Below, one piece after another: positions 28,103 through 38,933 of a stretch of 64,000 nucleotides of DNA. A program made the position numbers and the translations under genes. How positions within the stretch are numbered: position 1 is the first letter of the stretch; each line of letters begins with the position of its first letter. Below the pieces are notes generated by a model. The model searched no databases. It worked only from the letters and a program-made list of their open reading frames with translations, and was not told the DNA's origin. Source of the DNA: an uncultured delta proteobacterium (GTDB taxonomy: Bacteria > Desulfobacterota > BSN033 > UBA1163); assembly GCA_963827685.1 (NCBI GenBank), contig CAWHBU010000003.1, forward strand, positions 128,001 through 192,000. The letters run 5' to 3'.

Positions 28103-29299
28103 ATGATCTCACAGGTGATACGGATGGGGCTCCTACAAGAATTGAAAATGCTTGACCTTTCAAGGCTTTTGCCGGGTCCCTACTGCTCTCTTCTCTTAGC
28201 CGATTTGGGGATGGAGGTATTGAAAATCGAAGATCCTGAACAGGGCGACTATACACGAATGATAGGCCCCATTCGGAAAAAGGACAGTGCCATTTTTCTT
28301 GCTTTGAATCGAAACAAAAAAAGCATGAAATTGAACCTCAAGATAAGGGAAGGAAAGGAGATTCTCTACAAGCTCATTCAGTCCTATGACATCCTCTTAG
28401 AGAGTTTCAGGCCAGGGGTGATGGACCGCCTCGGTATCGGTTATCAGGAACTGAAAAAAAGAAACCCCCGTGTTATCCTATGTTCCCTTTCGGGATACGG
28501 GCAGGACGGACCTTATCAAGAGAGGTCCGGTCATGATATCAATTACATCGGCCTGGGAGGAGTGCTTGAGATAACAGGGGCGAAAAATGGGGACCCTGTC
28601 CTCCCGGGAGTTCAAATCGCAGATATCGGTGGAGGGGGAATGATGGCTGCCGTCGCCATTCTCGCTGCGGCCATCCATCGGGAAAAAACAGGTGAGGGGC
28701 AATTCCTGGATATCTCCATGATGGATAGTGTCGTCTCCTGGCTCTCCATCCATGCGGGAAAATATTTCATGGATGGAGAACTCCTGAAACGGGGTGATAT
28801 GCCTTTGACAGGAAGATATGCCTGTTATCAAGTCTATCCAACCAAGGACGGGAGGCACATGTCTCTGGGGGCGCTGGAGCCTAAATTTTGGAAGAACTTC
28901 TGCGAAGCGGTCGGGCGCAGAGACCTGATGGATAAACAATTCATCGAAGGAGAGGAACGGCTTCGTGTCATCGAGGAGATTCAAAATCTTTTCAAGACCA
29001 AAACCCAAGAGGAGTGGGTTGACTTTTTCAAGAAGGTGGATGCATGCTGTGAACCCATCTTAACCTTTGAAGAGGTCTTTCAACATCCACAAGTTCTCCA
29101 TCGACGGATGGTGATGGAGGTCGAACATCCTGTTGAAGGAAACATCCGCCAGTTGGGAAATCCCATCAAATCATCCCAATTCCCTTTTGAGATCCGTACC
29201 CCTTCGCCGGGATGGGGAGAACACACCATGGAGGTTTTGAAAGAAATAGGGTATTCTGAAAAGGAGATCCAACACTTGAAGGAAGTCAAGGCAATTTAA
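28103..29299 (+). CDS. Family III CoA-transferase (CaiB/BaiF)
   Basis: LDLSRLLPGP, LNRNKKS, ESFRPG, GYGQDGP, GHDINY. Confidence 0.92.
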   Translation: MISQVIRMGLLQELKMLDLSRLLPGPYCSLLLADLGMEVLKIEDPEQGDYTRMIGPIRKKDSAIFLALNRNKKSMKLNLKIREGKEILYKLIQSYDILLESFRPGVMDRLGIGYQELKKRNPRVILCSLSGYGQDGPYQERSGHDINYIGLGGVLEITGAKNGDPVLPGVQIADIGGGGMMAAVAILAAAIHREKTGEGQFLDISMMDSVVSWLSIHAGKYFMDGELLKRGDMPLTGRYACYQVYPTKDGRHMSLGALEPKFWKNFCEAVGRRDLMDKQFIEGEERLRVIEEIQNLFKTKTQEEWVDFFKKVDACCEPILTFEEVFQHPQVLHRRMVMEVEHPVEGNIRQLGNPIKSSQFPFEIRTPSPGWGEHTMEVLKEIGYSEKEIQHLKEVKAI

Positions 29300-29302
29300 A
29301 GA

Positions 29303-29408
29303 ACTGGGATACTGGAATGATTGAACAATGGAATGATGGGTCTAAATACAATGAACCTCTTTTCTTTCTTGCCCATTATTCCATTATTCCAATATTCCAC
29401 TATTCCAT
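29303..29408. repeat. Tandem-octamer hairpin (TGGAATGA / TATTCCA)
   Basis: Opposed 8-mer arrays between caiB-like gene and ferredoxin. Confidence 0.75.
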
Positions 29409-29426
29409 GGGTTTGTGGTGTTCGTG

Positions 29427-29675
29427 ATGGCCAAAATTGAAATTGATCAAGAGCGGTGCAAGGGATGTGGGCTTTGCACGATTTCTTGCCCAAAAGCGCT
29501 GATTCGGATCGGAGAAGAAATTAATCGTCAGGGATATTTTTATGTCGTTTGGGAGGCAGATGGACAATGCACGGGATGTGCCATTTGCGGGGAGACCTGT
29601 CCTGATGTCGCCATCCGAGTATGGAGGGATAGTGCAGAATCAAGAACCCGAAAAAATATTGGCCAAAGGGAATGA
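29427..29675 (+). CDS. 2x[4Fe-4S] ferredoxin, 2-oxoacid oxidoreductase delta subunit
   Basis: CKGCGLC...CP and CTGCAICG.TCP. Confidence 0.88.
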   Translation: MAKIEIDQERCKGCGLCTISCPKALIRIGEEINRQGYFYVVWEADGQCTGCAICGETCPDVAIRVWRDSAESRTRKNIGQRE

Positions 29676-30738
29676 AGCAATAGCCATGGCTGCCATTGAT
29701 TCGGGATGTCTCCTCTATTTCGGATATCCCATCACTCCGCAAAATGACATCCCGGAGTACCTTTCCAAGCACCTTCCTGCCCTGGGCGGGGAGTTCATCC
29801 AAGCGGAGAGTGAGATTGCTTCGATCAATTTGCTCTTAGGGGCTTCAGCCACTGGAGCAAGGGCCATGACCTCTTCCTCGAGCCCCGGGATCTCCCTGAT
29901 GCAAGAGGGAATCTCCTATCTGGCAGGAAGTGAACTTCCAGGACTAATCGTTAATATCTCGAGGAGCGGTCCAGGACTGGGTGGAATTTCTCCCTCTCAG
30001 GGAGACTACTTTCAAGCCACACGTGGTGGAGGACATGGAGATTATCGAATGATCGTTCTTGCTCCTTCCTCGATTCAAGAAATGTATGATTTGACCTGTC
30101 TTGCCTTTGATCTTTCCGACAAATACCGGAATCCCGCTATGATTCTTGGAGATGCCCTGATTGGACAGATGAAGGAACCCCTCGTTCGGAGAAGGGGGGC
30201 GAAGATGGACCTCCCGCCGAAAGACTGGGCCCTGACCGGAGCAACAGGGAGAAAACCCCATCGGATTAAATCCCTTTACCTCCAGGACGGCGAACTTTCA
30301 GAACATAATTGGAAACTTTATCAGAAATACGAGCAGATGAAAAAAGAGGAGGTACGCTTTGAAAGTCTTTTTAGTGAAAATGCCAAACTGATGGTTGCCG
30401 CATTCGGAAGTATGGCCAGGGTGTCGAAAACTTCTGTCGAGCTGGCGAGAGAGGAAGGGTTGAAAGTGGGACTCCTCCGGCCTATCACGCTCTTCCCCTT
30501 TCCAGAAAAAGCGCTTTATGACCTCTCTCAGAGGGTCAAGCTATTTTTGACTGTCGAATTAAACACAGGACAGATGCTGGAGGATATAAAGCTCTCGGTG
30601 GGACGGGATGCCCAAGTCTATTTCTATGGAAGGCCTCCAGGCTCTCTCCCTTCCCCGGAAGAGGTATTGGAAGAAATAAAAAAATACTATAAAGAAGCAC
30701 CAAATACCAAGCACCGAATCCCAAATAAACTCCGATGA
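29632..30738 (+). CDS. vorB: 2-oxoacid:ferredoxin oxidoreductase alpha subunit (VorB-like)
   Basis: GTG start after GGAGG; KGNEAIA, GYPITPQ, QAESE, SSSPGISL. Confidence 0.88.
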   Translation: MQNQEPEKILAKGNEAIAMAAIDSGCLLYFGYPITPQNDIPEYLSKHLPALGGEFIQAESEIASINLLLGASATGARAMTSSSSPGISLMQEGISYLAGSELPGLIVNISRSGPGLGGISPSQGDYFQATRGGGHGDYRMIVLAPSSIQEMYDLTCLAFDLSDKYRNPAMILGDALIGQMKEPLVRRRGAKMDLPPKDWALTGATGRKPHRIKSLYLQDGELSEHNWKLYQKYEQMKKEEVRFESLFSENAKLMVAAFGSMARVSKTSVELAREEGLKVGLLRPITLFPFPEKALYDLSQRVKLFLTVELNTGQMLEDIKLSVGRDAQVYFYGRPPGSLPSPEEVLEEIKKYYKEAPNTKHRIPNKLR

Positions 30739-30831
30739 CCCAAATTCGAAACTTTAAACAAGAACGTTTTGGTCATTTGATATTGGTGCTTTGGATTTGT
30801 TTGGAATTTGTAATTTGGAATCTGGGATTTT
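30697..30831. repeat. Tandem-heptamer hairpin (CCAAAT / ATTTGG family)
   Basis: Opposed arrays; left arm forms last codons of vorB. Confidence 0.7.
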
Positions 30832-30871
30832 CAACTCCAGTGCATCAATTCGGTCAATAGGAGAGCCAAAA

Positions 30872-31624
30872 ATGGAGCTTGTCTTCAAACGTCCCGAATG
30901 TCTCATTGATATTCCATTCCATTTCTGCCCAGGATGTCACCACGGCATCGCCCATCGATTGGTGGCAGAGGCAATCGACTATTTTAAGATCAGGGAAAAA
31001 ACAATCGGGGTCGCCTCCGTGGGTTGCTCTGTTTTTATGTATGATTATTTCAATATCGACGTCTTAGAGGCGCCTCATGGGAGAGCTTCGGCCGTGGCCT
31101 CTGGAGTGAAGCGTGCCAGGAAGGATCGAATCGTTTTCACCTACCAGGGAGACGGAGACCTCGCCGCCATTGGGATCGCTGAGGGGATTCATACGGCCAA
31201 TCGTGGTGAAAACATTACCATCATCTTTGCTAACAATGGGATCTACGGGATGACCGGAGGTCAGATGGCGCCTACAACGCTTCTTGGACAAAAAACGAGC
31301 ACGAGCCCTTATGGAAGAGACTTTACTTACGACGGCTATCCCATCCGAATGGCAGAGATGTTAGCGACCTTAGAAGGAAGCGCCTTCGTGGCCAGAGTGG
31401 CCGTAAACAACCCCGGCAATTTGATGAAAGCCAAGCGAGCCATTCGTAAGGCCTTTCAGATACAGATCGATGAAATGGGTTTTTCTTTTGTCGAGGTATT
31501 ATTGGCTTGCCCCACCAATTGGGGGATGACGGCTTTAGAAGCTAATAAGCGGGTCGAAGAAGAGATGATCCCTTACTACCCATTGGGTATTTTAAAAGAA
31601 CGAGAAATGGCGGACTATTTATAA
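30872..31624 (+). CDS. 2-oxoacid:ferredoxin oxidoreductase beta (TPP) subunit
   Basis: [29 protein letters not shown]. Confidence 0.9.
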   Translation: MELVFKRPECLIDIPFHFCPGCHHGIAHRLVAEAIDYFKIREKTIGVASVGCSVFMYDYFNIDVLEAPHGRASAVASGVKRARKDRIVFTYQGDGDLAAIGIAEGIHTANRGENITIIFANNGIYGMTGGQMAPTTLLGQKTSTSPYGRDFTYDGYPIRMAEMLATLEGSAFVARVAVNNPGNLMKAKRAIRKAFQIQIDEMGFSFVEVLLACPTNWGMTALEANKRVEEEMIPYYPLGILKEREMADYL

Positions 31625-31629
31625 AAATG

Positions 31630-31778
31630 TAAATACGAAGCACGAAATTGAAATGAATTAAGGGATTGCGAATTTAGGGACCCCCTCCCCCTCCCCCTTA
31701 CTAAGGGGGAGATTAAGAGGGGGTTCCTAAATTCCTCAATTCCTAAATCAAAGTATCGATATTCGAATTTCGGATTTT
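31630..31778. repeat. Nested palindromic repeats (CGAAAT/ATTTCG > GGAATT/AATTCC > CCCCT..GGGG)
   Basis: Three concentric inverted-repeat layers. Confidence 0.6.
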
Positions 31779-31789
31779 CGGTGTGATTC

Positions 31790-32368
31790 ATGAGCAATAA
31801 CCGATTCTATTACGACTTCATTGTTGCTGGATTTGGAGGACAGGGCGTATTGGTCATTGGAAACCTTCTCGCTTACGCTGCTATGAGAGAAGGCAAATTT
31901 GTCACTTACCTCCCTGTTTACGGAGTCGAGATGAGGGGCGGAACGGCCAATTGCACGGTTGTCATCTCTTCTCACCAGATCGGATCTCCTGTGGTGGGAA
32001 GACCCCATGCCGCCATCGCAATGAATTTGCCTTCTTTGATAAAATATGAACCGCTTATTCTACCCAAGGGGCTTTTGTTCATCAACTCCTCTCTCATTGC
32101 GCCCAAAGAGATTTACCGGAAAGACATTGAAAATCTTTCCATCCCTGTCAATGAGATTGCGATCGATCATGGAAACCCAAAACTCGCGAACATGGTCGCA
32201 TTAGGCGCCTTTAATCAAAAAACCAAATTGGTTCAGATGACTTCTCTATTTGAATCCCTGGAAAAGGTACTGGATGAACGATATGGTCATCTTATTCCAT
32301 CCAATATCAAGGCTATCGAAATTGGAGCTGAATTTGTTAAGAATAACATGTCCATGCCTGAGCGCTGA
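31790..32368 (+). CDS. 2-oxoacid:ferredoxin oxidoreductase gamma subunit
   Basis: AGFGGQG, YGVEMRGG, NMVALGA. Confidence 0.9.
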   Translation: MSNNRFYYDFIVAGFGGQGVLVIGNLLAYAAMREGKFVTYLPVYGVEMRGGTANCTVVISSHQIGSPVVGRPHAAIAMNLPSLIKYEPLILPKGLLFINSSLIAPKEIYRKDIENLSIPVNEIAIDHGNPKLANMVALGAFNQKTKLVQMTSLFESLEKVLDERYGHLIPSNIKAIEIGAEFVKNNMSMPER

Positions 32369-32501
32369 AGCGCTCCTGCCTCCGCGAAGCCCGCTTCGGC
32401 GGGCGTAGGAAGGTCGGCGCGCGAGCGTGTCACATGAAGGAATCATCAGTAATCCAGAGACCACGGTATCGAAGTAGATAGACAAATCGAAAGGAAAGAT
32501 T

Positions 32502-33092
32502 ATGGAAGAGAAAAGGGATTTTGAAGAGATCCGTGTTGGAGAAAAGGTTAAGGTCTTGAGGGAGCAGAAAGGTCTTTCACTGAAAGAATTGGCCGACTTA
32601 ACCGGATTTTCTACAGCCTTGCTCTCCCAGATGGAAAACCACCTTGTTTCCCCGTCCCTTGGCACGATGATCAAACTGGCGAAAGCACTGGGGGTGAGAG
32701 TGGGGGACTTTTTTGGTGAGACAGAGGGAGAGCCTTTCGCGATTGTGAGGAATGACGAACGAAAAACGGTCTCTCGATTTGCCTCAAAAGAAGGAGTGAA
32801 GTATGGTTATCTATACGAGTCTTTAGGGTTTGAGAAGAAAAACCGCCATATGGAACCTTTCATCGTGACTCTGGAGCCCGCTACCATTAAGACCTCCAAG
32901 ACCTCCGTTCATGATGGGGAGGAATTTATCTTTGTTCTCGAAGGTGAAATGGAAGTGATTCTGGGAACCCATACCGATGTCCTTCACCCGGGGGATTCCA
33001 TCTATTATGATTCCAATATTCCCCATCGAGTTCAATGTCACCAAGATAGGGTAACGAGAATATTGGCTGTACTCTATGCCGCCAGCACTTAA
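32502..33092 (+). CDS. XRE-family HTH + cupin transcriptional regulator
   Basis: LSLKELA..TG.S..LLSQMEN, H.GEEFIFVLEG, GDSIYY..PH. Confidence 0.92.
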   Translation: MEEKRDFEEIRVGEKVKVLREQKGLSLKELADLTGFSTALLSQMENHLVSPSLGTMIKLAKALGVRVGDFFGETEGEPFAIVRNDERKTVSRFASKEGVKYGYLYESLGFEKKNRHMEPFIVTLEPATIKTSKTSVHDGEEFIFVLEGEMEVILGTHTDVLHPGDSIYYDSNIPHRVQCHQDRVTRILAVLYAAST

Positions 33093-33159
33093 AGGCCGAA
33101 TACCGAATGGTAAGCAGAGTTAGTAGATCTAAAATTCAAAATCAAATGGCAGGCCAACC

Positions 33160-34335
33160 ATGAAAAAAGTCTCTCCTTTTCTGTTAGTAGTTCTCTCAGT
33201 CTTCATACTTCCCAATATAAGTTTCAGCCAACCCGCTCTCAAGGTCGGAGCTTTGATCCCCTACTCCGGTCGATGGGGAGATTCAGGAAGGGAATGTGCC
33301 AGAGGGATGTTGGACGCAGCGAAATGGTTCAATCAACGAGAGGGAGTCTCTGGAAGAAAATTAGAGATTATTCTCGTTGACGATACCTCCCGACCCGCTG
33401 AATTCATGGCGGCTTACCGAAAATTGAATGAAGCAGATCGTATTCTGATTCTCACCCTCTATTCCACCGAAACAGCTCTTGCTCTGGCTCCTCACTTCCA
33501 CTACCATCGGATCCCAACGTTTATCAGCTCCTTACCTTCTCAACTTGCCAACGCATCCAAATATCCATATGTTTTCTCAATCACTCCCACCTCTCTCGAT
33601 TTAGCCAAAATAGCAATGAATTTCATCTCGGACAAATCCGGCATTAAATTGAGAAGGCCTAAAGTCATTTTCGTTGGATCCTCTGATCACTATGGACGCC
33701 ATTTTTTAGATGAAGCGAAGGAATATGCCGGAGCCTTGGGAATTGAAATCGGACCGGATGTCTGGATCTCTGATTTATCACCCTCTGGAGACAAAGAGGA
33801 AAAACACAACCCGCCTCTCCTCGCAACGATCCATTCCTATAAGCCCGACTTCGCCTATCTGAGCCTCTCCTCCAAGGAAGCCTCCGTCCTCCTGCAGGAA
33901 GTTAAGAAAACAGATCTTAAGACCAAATGGATTTGCAGCATGAGGGCTTTTGACGAAAATCTAATGGCTTTCGATGGAGTTCTGGGAGTGCAGCCCATCT
34001 CTCCTTTTGGAGAAGACGTCCCAGGGATGGCCGCCATCAAAGAGGCCCATCAGAGATGGCACCCGTATGATTCTCATACACTTTCCTATGTCGAAGGGTG
34101 GGCGACGACACTGGTGATCTCAGAGGCTCTAAGAAGGTCCCTCCCGGAAAAAGGATTTTCTCGTGAAAGGATAAAGCTTGCTCTGGAAGGATTTAAAGAT
34201 TTCATCACGGGGGGGCTCACCCCGCCTCTCACCATTACCTCCAAAGATCATCGTCCCAGTGTAGAATCCAGGATTTTTATCGTCAAAGATGGAAAGCTTT
34301 CACGCTATACTGGCTTCATCTCCTTGGGAAGGTAG
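33160..34335 (+). CDS. ABC transporter substrate-binding protein (Liv/PBP type 1)
   Basis: Signal peptide, KVGALIPYSG, G.SGRKLE, DHRP. Confidence 0.85.
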   Translation: MKKVSPFLLVVLSVFILPNISFSQPALKVGALIPYSGRWGDSGRECARGMLDAAKWFNQREGVSGRKLEIILVDDTSRPAEFMAAYRKLNEADRILILTLYSTETALALAPHFHYHRIPTFISSLPSQLANASKYPYVFSITPTSLDLAKIAMNFISDKSGIKLRRPKVIFVGSSDHYGRHFLDEAKEYAGALGIEIGPDVWISDLSPSGDKEEKHNPPLLATIHSYKPDFAYLSLSSKEASVLLQEVKKTDLKTKWICSMRAFDENLMAFDGVLGVQPISPFGEDVPGMAAIKEAHQRWHPYDSHTLSYVEGWATTLVISEALRRSLPEKGFSRERIKLALEGFKDFITGGLTPPLTITSKDHRPSVESRIFIVKDGKLSRYTGFISLGR

Positions 34336-34337
34336 TA

Positions 34338-34367
34338 GAATGTCCCGCCCTATGGGCGGGACATTCT
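34338..34367. terminator. Hairpin / probable terminator
   Basis: Perfect stem AGAATGTCCCGCCC..GGGCGGGACATTCT right after stop. Confidence 0.55.
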
Positions 34368-34671
34368 GAAGCATTTAGGCAGATTTTTACTTGACAAAAA
34401 AATACTGTTTTGTTAATTGATGAAAATGGCTTTGGGTGGGATCTTGTTCTGATTTAAAATCCTCTCCTCATTTACAGAAAATTAGAAAAAATTATAGTTT
34501 GTAGTCTTCGACAAGAGACGAAAGCAAATCCCATAAGGGTGAGGATATTCATTCCTTGTTTAGCAAATTCATGGCCACAAACGGGACGACCGTCTTTTCC
34601 TACTTCTATTCTATCTTCCCTCTCAGGATCATTAGAATCTCTCAGGAACTACGAGTCACAAGCCAAACTGC

Positions 34672-35499
34672 ATGGGAAAGGAGCCTTTAATGGCCGCCAC
34701 CAAAGAAGTTCAACTTCAAGTCAAAAAGCTTTTTATGGCTTTCGGAGGGATCCAAGCTCTGATGGATGTAAGCTTGGAGGTGAACAAAGGTGAGATCTTT
34801 TCCATCATCGGTCCCAATGGTGCCGGCAAAACAGTTCTCCTGAACTGCATCAATGGTCTCTATCACCCCCAAAGAGGCCACCTCTATTTTGAGGGAAAGG
34901 AGATCACCAAATCAAAGCCCTATCAGAGGGCAAAAATGGGGATATCCCGCACATTTCAGAAGATCGAGCTTTTTAAAGGCACAACCGTACTTGACAACAT
35001 TCGACTGGGTCGTCATATCCATCTTAAAACAGGATTGTTCAGTGGTTCCATTTACGTCGGAAAGACGGCTCACGAGGAGATTGAAAACCGAGATTTTGTT
35101 GAGCGGGAGATCATTGATCTCCTTGAGATCGAACATATTCGCGACCGAAATGTCGGAATGCTTCCTTACGGACTTCAAAAACGGGTCGAATTGGCAAGGG
35201 CCCTGGCTCTTAATCCTAAGATCATTTTATTGGATGAACCTCTGGCGGGTTTAAATTTAGAGGAAGTCGAGGATATGGCACGATTCATCTTAGATATCAA
35301 TGAAGAAAAAAAATGGCAGACCACCTGTATTCTCGTTGAACATGATATGGGGGTGGTCATGGATATTTCCCATCGAGTAATGGCTCTTAACTTTGGCCAG
35401 AAGATCGCCGAAGGAACCCCTTCCGAGGTTCAGAATAATCCCGATGTGATTAAAGCCTATCTGGGCGAGGTGGAGGACCTTTATGTCACACGGCGATAG
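34672..35499 (+). CDS. ABC transporter ATP-binding protein (LivG-like)
   Basis: GPNGAGKT, LPYGLQKRVELARAL, LLDEP, EHD. Confidence 0.92.
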   Translation: MGKEPLMAATKEVQLQVKKLFMAFGGIQALMDVSLEVNKGEIFSIIGPNGAGKTVLLNCINGLYHPQRGHLYFEGKEITKSKPYQRAKMGISRTFQKIELFKGTTVLDNIRLGRHIHLKTGLFSGSIYVGKTAHEEIENRDFVEREIIDLLEIEHIRDRNVGMLPYGLQKRVELARALALNPKIILLDEPLAGLNLEEVEDMARFILDINEEKKWQTTCILVEHDMGVVMDISHRVMALNFGQKIAEGTPSEVQNNPDVIKAYLGEVEDLYVTRR

Positions 35500-37417
35500 T
35501 TGGAAAGAAATTGAGATGACGAAAGATTTGACCATCCCCAAACTCTTTTTACAATCTGTAAAAAAATATGGGGTTAAAAAGGTGGCCATGCGTGAAAAGG
35601 AATTTGGGATCTGGATTCCTATGACCTGGAAACAATATTATGAAAATGTGAAGCGAATTGCCTTAGGGATGGTTACGCTGGGATTAGAAAAAGGGGATAA
35701 AGTGGCTATGATTGGTGACAATCGTCCTGAGGCGCTCTGGGTTGAAATGGCTGCCATGTGCGTGGGTGCTGTGGGAGTTTGGTTATTCCAGGATTCTCTG
35801 ATTGATGAAGTACAGTACATCATCGATCATTCTGACACCAAATTGATGGTAGGCGAAGGTCAGGAAGAGGTCGATAAATGCCTCAGGATTAAGGATAAAT
35901 GCCCAAAGTTGAAGAGAATGATCTGGGATGACCCAAAAGGGATGAGAGGTTATGATGATCCCATTCTCATCGGTCTTCAGGAGGTCATGAAACTTGGTGA
36001 GGAGTTGGAAAAGAAGGAACCGGGCCTTTTTGTGGATATGGTCATGAGAGGAAAAGGGGATGATGTTTGTCTCCTCTTTTACACATCAGGAACCACTGCC
36101 CTTCCCAAAGGGGCTCTTCTTACCCATTATAATATGTTAACCATGGGACAAAATTTGATGCGTGTAGACCCCTATTTTGAAACGGATGACTTTGTCTCTT
36201 ACCTCCCTTTTGCCTGGATTGGAGAGCAGATGATGTCGATCTCCTGTGGAATTCAGGCTGGGTTTACGCTCAATTTCCCTGAGGAGCCTGAGACCGCCGA
36301 GGAGAATATTCGTGAAATCGGTCCTCATGTGATGTTTGCTCCTCCTCGCATTTATGAACAGATGGTTCGAAACGTACAGGTCAAATACTTGGATGCCTCT
36401 TGGCCAAAAAGGAATGCCTATGAGTTGGCAATGAAGATCGGTTACCGTGTAGCCGATTTCAAGTTTTCAAAAAAGGCTTCCCCCTGGTACTGGAAGGTTC
36501 TCAACTTCCTTGCCTACCTGGGGGTCCATAAAAAATTGAGAGATCATCTCGGTCTCTCCAGGATTAGGGATACCTACACTGGAGGGGCAGCCATGGGGCC
36601 AGACCATTTCCGCTTCTTTCATGCGATTGGAGTAAATCTGAAACAGATTTACGGCCAGACAGAAATTGCTGGGATTTCGGTTCTTCATCGAGACAATGAC
36701 ATTAAATTCGATACGGTGGGTAAACCCATCCCTGAAACAGAAGTGAAAATTACTTCAGAAGGCGAAATCATTTCAAAAAGCCCTTCCGTTTTTAGGGGTT
36801 ATTACAAGATGCCTGAAGAAACAACCCAATCCCTTAGAGATGGATGGCTTCATTCAGGGGATACGGGTTTCATCGATGGGGATGGTCATCTTGTTGTATT
36901 CGATCGGACGAAAGATGTGATGATCCTGAGTGATGGGTCGAAATTCTCCCCCCAGTATTTAGAGACCCGGTTGAAATTTAGTCCTTATATTAAAGATGTG
37001 TGGGCAATCGGTGACACTAAACCCTATATCTCGGGAGTCATCTGTATTGACTACGGAGTAGTAGGCAATTGGGCAGAGGCCCGAAATATTCCTTATACCA
37101 GTTATTCTGAACTTTCTCAGATGACCGAGGTTTATGAATTGGTTCAGAAAGAGATCATTAAAATGAACCTTGGCCTTCCTCCCCTTGCTCGCATTAAAAA
37201 ATTTGTAAACCTCTATAAGGAATTTGATCCCGATGATGATGAATTAACCCGAACGCGAAAACTGAGAAGAGCCTTTGTTGAAGAACGTTACAAAAATATT
37301 GTTAAGGGCCTTTATTCAGACACAGAGAACATCCATATGGACACCACGATTACTTATGAAGACGGAAGGGTGGTCCATATTAAGACGGACCTCAAAGTGA
37401 TGGAAGTACCACAATAA
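35483..37417 (+). CDS. Long-chain acyl-CoA synthetase (AMP-binding); start may be 35516
   Basis: YTSGTT..PKG, IYGQTE, GWLHSGD.G, DRTKD. Confidence 0.92.
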   Translation: MSHGDSWKEIEMTKDLTIPKLFLQSVKKYGVKKVAMREKEFGIWIPMTWKQYYENVKRIALGMVTLGLEKGDKVAMIGDNRPEALWVEMAAMCVGAVGVWLFQDSLIDEVQYIIDHSDTKLMVGEGQEEVDKCLRIKDKCPKLKRMIWDDPKGMRGYDDPILIGLQEVMKLGEELEKKEPGLFVDMVMRGKGDDVCLLFYTSGTTALPKGALLTHYNMLTMGQNLMRVDPYFETDDFVSYLPFAWIGEQMMSISCGIQAGFTLNFPEEPETAEENIREIGPHVMFAPPRIYEQMVRNVQVKYLDASWPKRNAYELAMKIGYRVADFKFSKKASPWYWKVLNFLAYLGVHKKLRDHLGLSRIRDTYTGGAAMGPDHFRFFHAIGVNLKQIYGQTEIAGISVLHRDNDIKFDTVGKPIPETEVKITSEGEIISKSPSVFRGYYKMPEETTQSLRDGWLHSGDTGFIDGDGHLVVFDRTKDVMILSDGSKFSPQYLETRLKFSPYIKDVWAIGDTKPYISGVICIDYGVVGNWAEARNIPYTSYSELSQMTEVYELVQKEIIKMNLGLPPLARIKKFVNLYKEFDPDDDELTRTRKLRRAFVEERYKNIVKGLYSDTENIHMDTTITYEDGRVVHIKTDLKVMEVPQ

Positions 37418-37424
37418 GAGTCGA

Positions 37425-37920
37425 TGCAAAATGGACAATGTAAGATTAGCAATTAGCGATGAATGAAAAAAGTCATCAACTCGCAGACCGGCTGCTTGAT
37501 TTTGCAGTAAGTGTGATCAAGATTACTGATGCGTTGTCTCAAACAGTTGCTGGAAGACACATCGGAGGCCAACTCATCAGAGCAGGGACGTCCGGCGGAT
37601 CAAATTATGAGGAAGCTTGTGGGGCTGAATCAAGATCAGACTTTACTCATAAAATGAGTATCGTCCTGAAAGAGCTAAAGGAAACGCGTTTCTGGCTTCG
37701 ATTGATCCAACGTACTGGAATGCTTGAACCTCAATACACCGAGCCCGTAATAACCGAATGCGAACACCTATGTGCGATCACGGCGAAAAGCATTATCACC
37801 GCGAAGAAGAAGAACGAGTCTAAACTGCCGAGGAAAAACTAATGGTGAAGAATAGAGCTAAATGATTTTCGTTCTTAGTCCTTCATCGTTAATTTTACAT
37901 TGCTAATTTTGCAATTTGCA
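37425..37920. repeat. Heptamer-array inverted repeats enclosing four-helix-bundle gene
   Basis: 39-nt arms 37425-37463 and 37882-37920 built from TGCAAAA/TTAGCAA-like units. Confidence 0.8.
37459..37842 (+). CDS. Four helix bundle protein (23S rRNA IVS protein / TIGR02436-like)
   Basis: L..R..DFA, QLIRAGTS.GSNYEEA..AESRSDF.HK..I..KE..ET.FWL. Confidence 0.9.
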   Translation: MNEKSHQLADRLLDFAVSVIKITDALSQTVAGRHIGGQLIRAGTSGGSNYEEACGAESRSDFTHKMSIVLKELKETRFWLRLIQRTGMLEPQYTEPVITECEHLCAITAKSIITAKKKNESKLPRKN

Positions 37921-37943
37921 GTGTGGTTTCTAAGGGAGGCTGC

Positions 37944-38828
37944 ATGGAACTTTTCTTACAACTCTTTATCACAGGAATTCTGGTCGGTAGCATCTATGCC
38001 GTGGTCGCTCTTGGCTGGACCCTAATCTATAAATGCTCTGGCGTCCTCAACCTCGCCATGGGCGAACTCACCCTCATCGGGGCTTATGTCTGCCTCAGCT
38101 TCTACAATTGGGGAATTCCCTTTGTCTTAGCATTGCTTTTTACATTAGTCGTTGGATTTGCGTTGGGACTTTTGACTGAACACCTCTTTCTCCGACCTAT
38201 GGTAGGAGAACCTGTTTTGAGCGTGATTATGGTAACGGTGGGCCTCTCCTTCTTTTTTAAAGGTCTTGTGGAACTAATTTGGGGAACAGATACCGTTGTT
38301 TTTAATCCTATGGTATTTCCAATCGAACCCATTTTTATTGGAAAGATTGTAGTCGGTCAGGTTTATCTATGGGCTTTTGTTGCATCGATCGTCCTCCTCT
38401 TAGCTTTTGTCTCTTTCTTTAAATATACAAAATGGGGGTTATCGATGCAGGCCACGGCTGATGATGAAATGGCCGCTCTTTCATTGGGTGTGAACGCAAA
38501 GATTGTTTATGCCCTTGCCTGGGCTATTGCATTCATGGCCGCAGGAGTAGGTGGGACCTTATTGGGGAATATCAACGGGTTAAATATTTCGGTTGGCTAT
38601 TTAGGCTTATTAGTTCTCCCCGCTGTCGTTCTGGGAGGTCTCAACTCTGTCCCTGGAGCGATTGTAGGGGGTTTGGTGATAGGTGTTCTTCAGAACCTCG
38701 CAGATGGCTATCTGAGTCGCTATACCCCCGGTGGAGTCAAGGATGTATTTCCCTTTGTTATCATGGTGATCATCCTGCTCTTTAGGCCTTATGGACTCTG
38801 GGGGTGGGTTAGGATTGAAAGAGTCTAA
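37944..38828 (+). CDS. ABC transporter permease (LivH-like)
   Basis: GSIYAVVALG, LNLAMGE, TKWG..MQA, LGGLNS.PGA. Confidence 0.9.
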   Translation: MELFLQLFITGILVGSIYAVVALGWTLIYKCSGVLNLAMGELTLIGAYVCLSFYNWGIPFVLALLFTLVVGFALGLLTEHLFLRPMVGEPVLSVIMVTVGLSFFFKGLVELIWGTDTVVFNPMVFPIEPIFIGKIVVGQVYLWAFVASIVLLLAFVSFFKYTKWGLSMQATADDEMAALSLGVNAKIVYALAWAIAFMAAGVGGTLLGNINGLNISVGYLGLLVLPAVVLGGLNSVPGAIVGGLVIGVLQNLADGYLSRYTPGGVKDVFPFVIMVIILLFRPYGLWGWVRIERV

Positions 38829-38833
38829 CAAAA

Positions 38834-38916
38834 CATTGCAAATTGAAAAATTAGCAATGCAAATTCATCAATAAAAGAAAAGGAACTGCTAACTTTACAA
38901 TGTTAATTTTGCAGTG
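38834..38916. repeat. Gene-less heptamer hairpin, same family as 37425-37920
   Basis: TGCAAAT TGAAAAA TTAGCAA... / ...TGTTAATTTTGCAGTG. Confidence 0.8.
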
Positions 38917-38933
38917 AGAATCGAGAGGTCAAA

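Noticed and set aside
29620-29675. Frameshift at the ferredoxin/vorB overlap
   Set aside because: Both genes are complete; a 44-nt overlap with a GTG start and RBS explains it.
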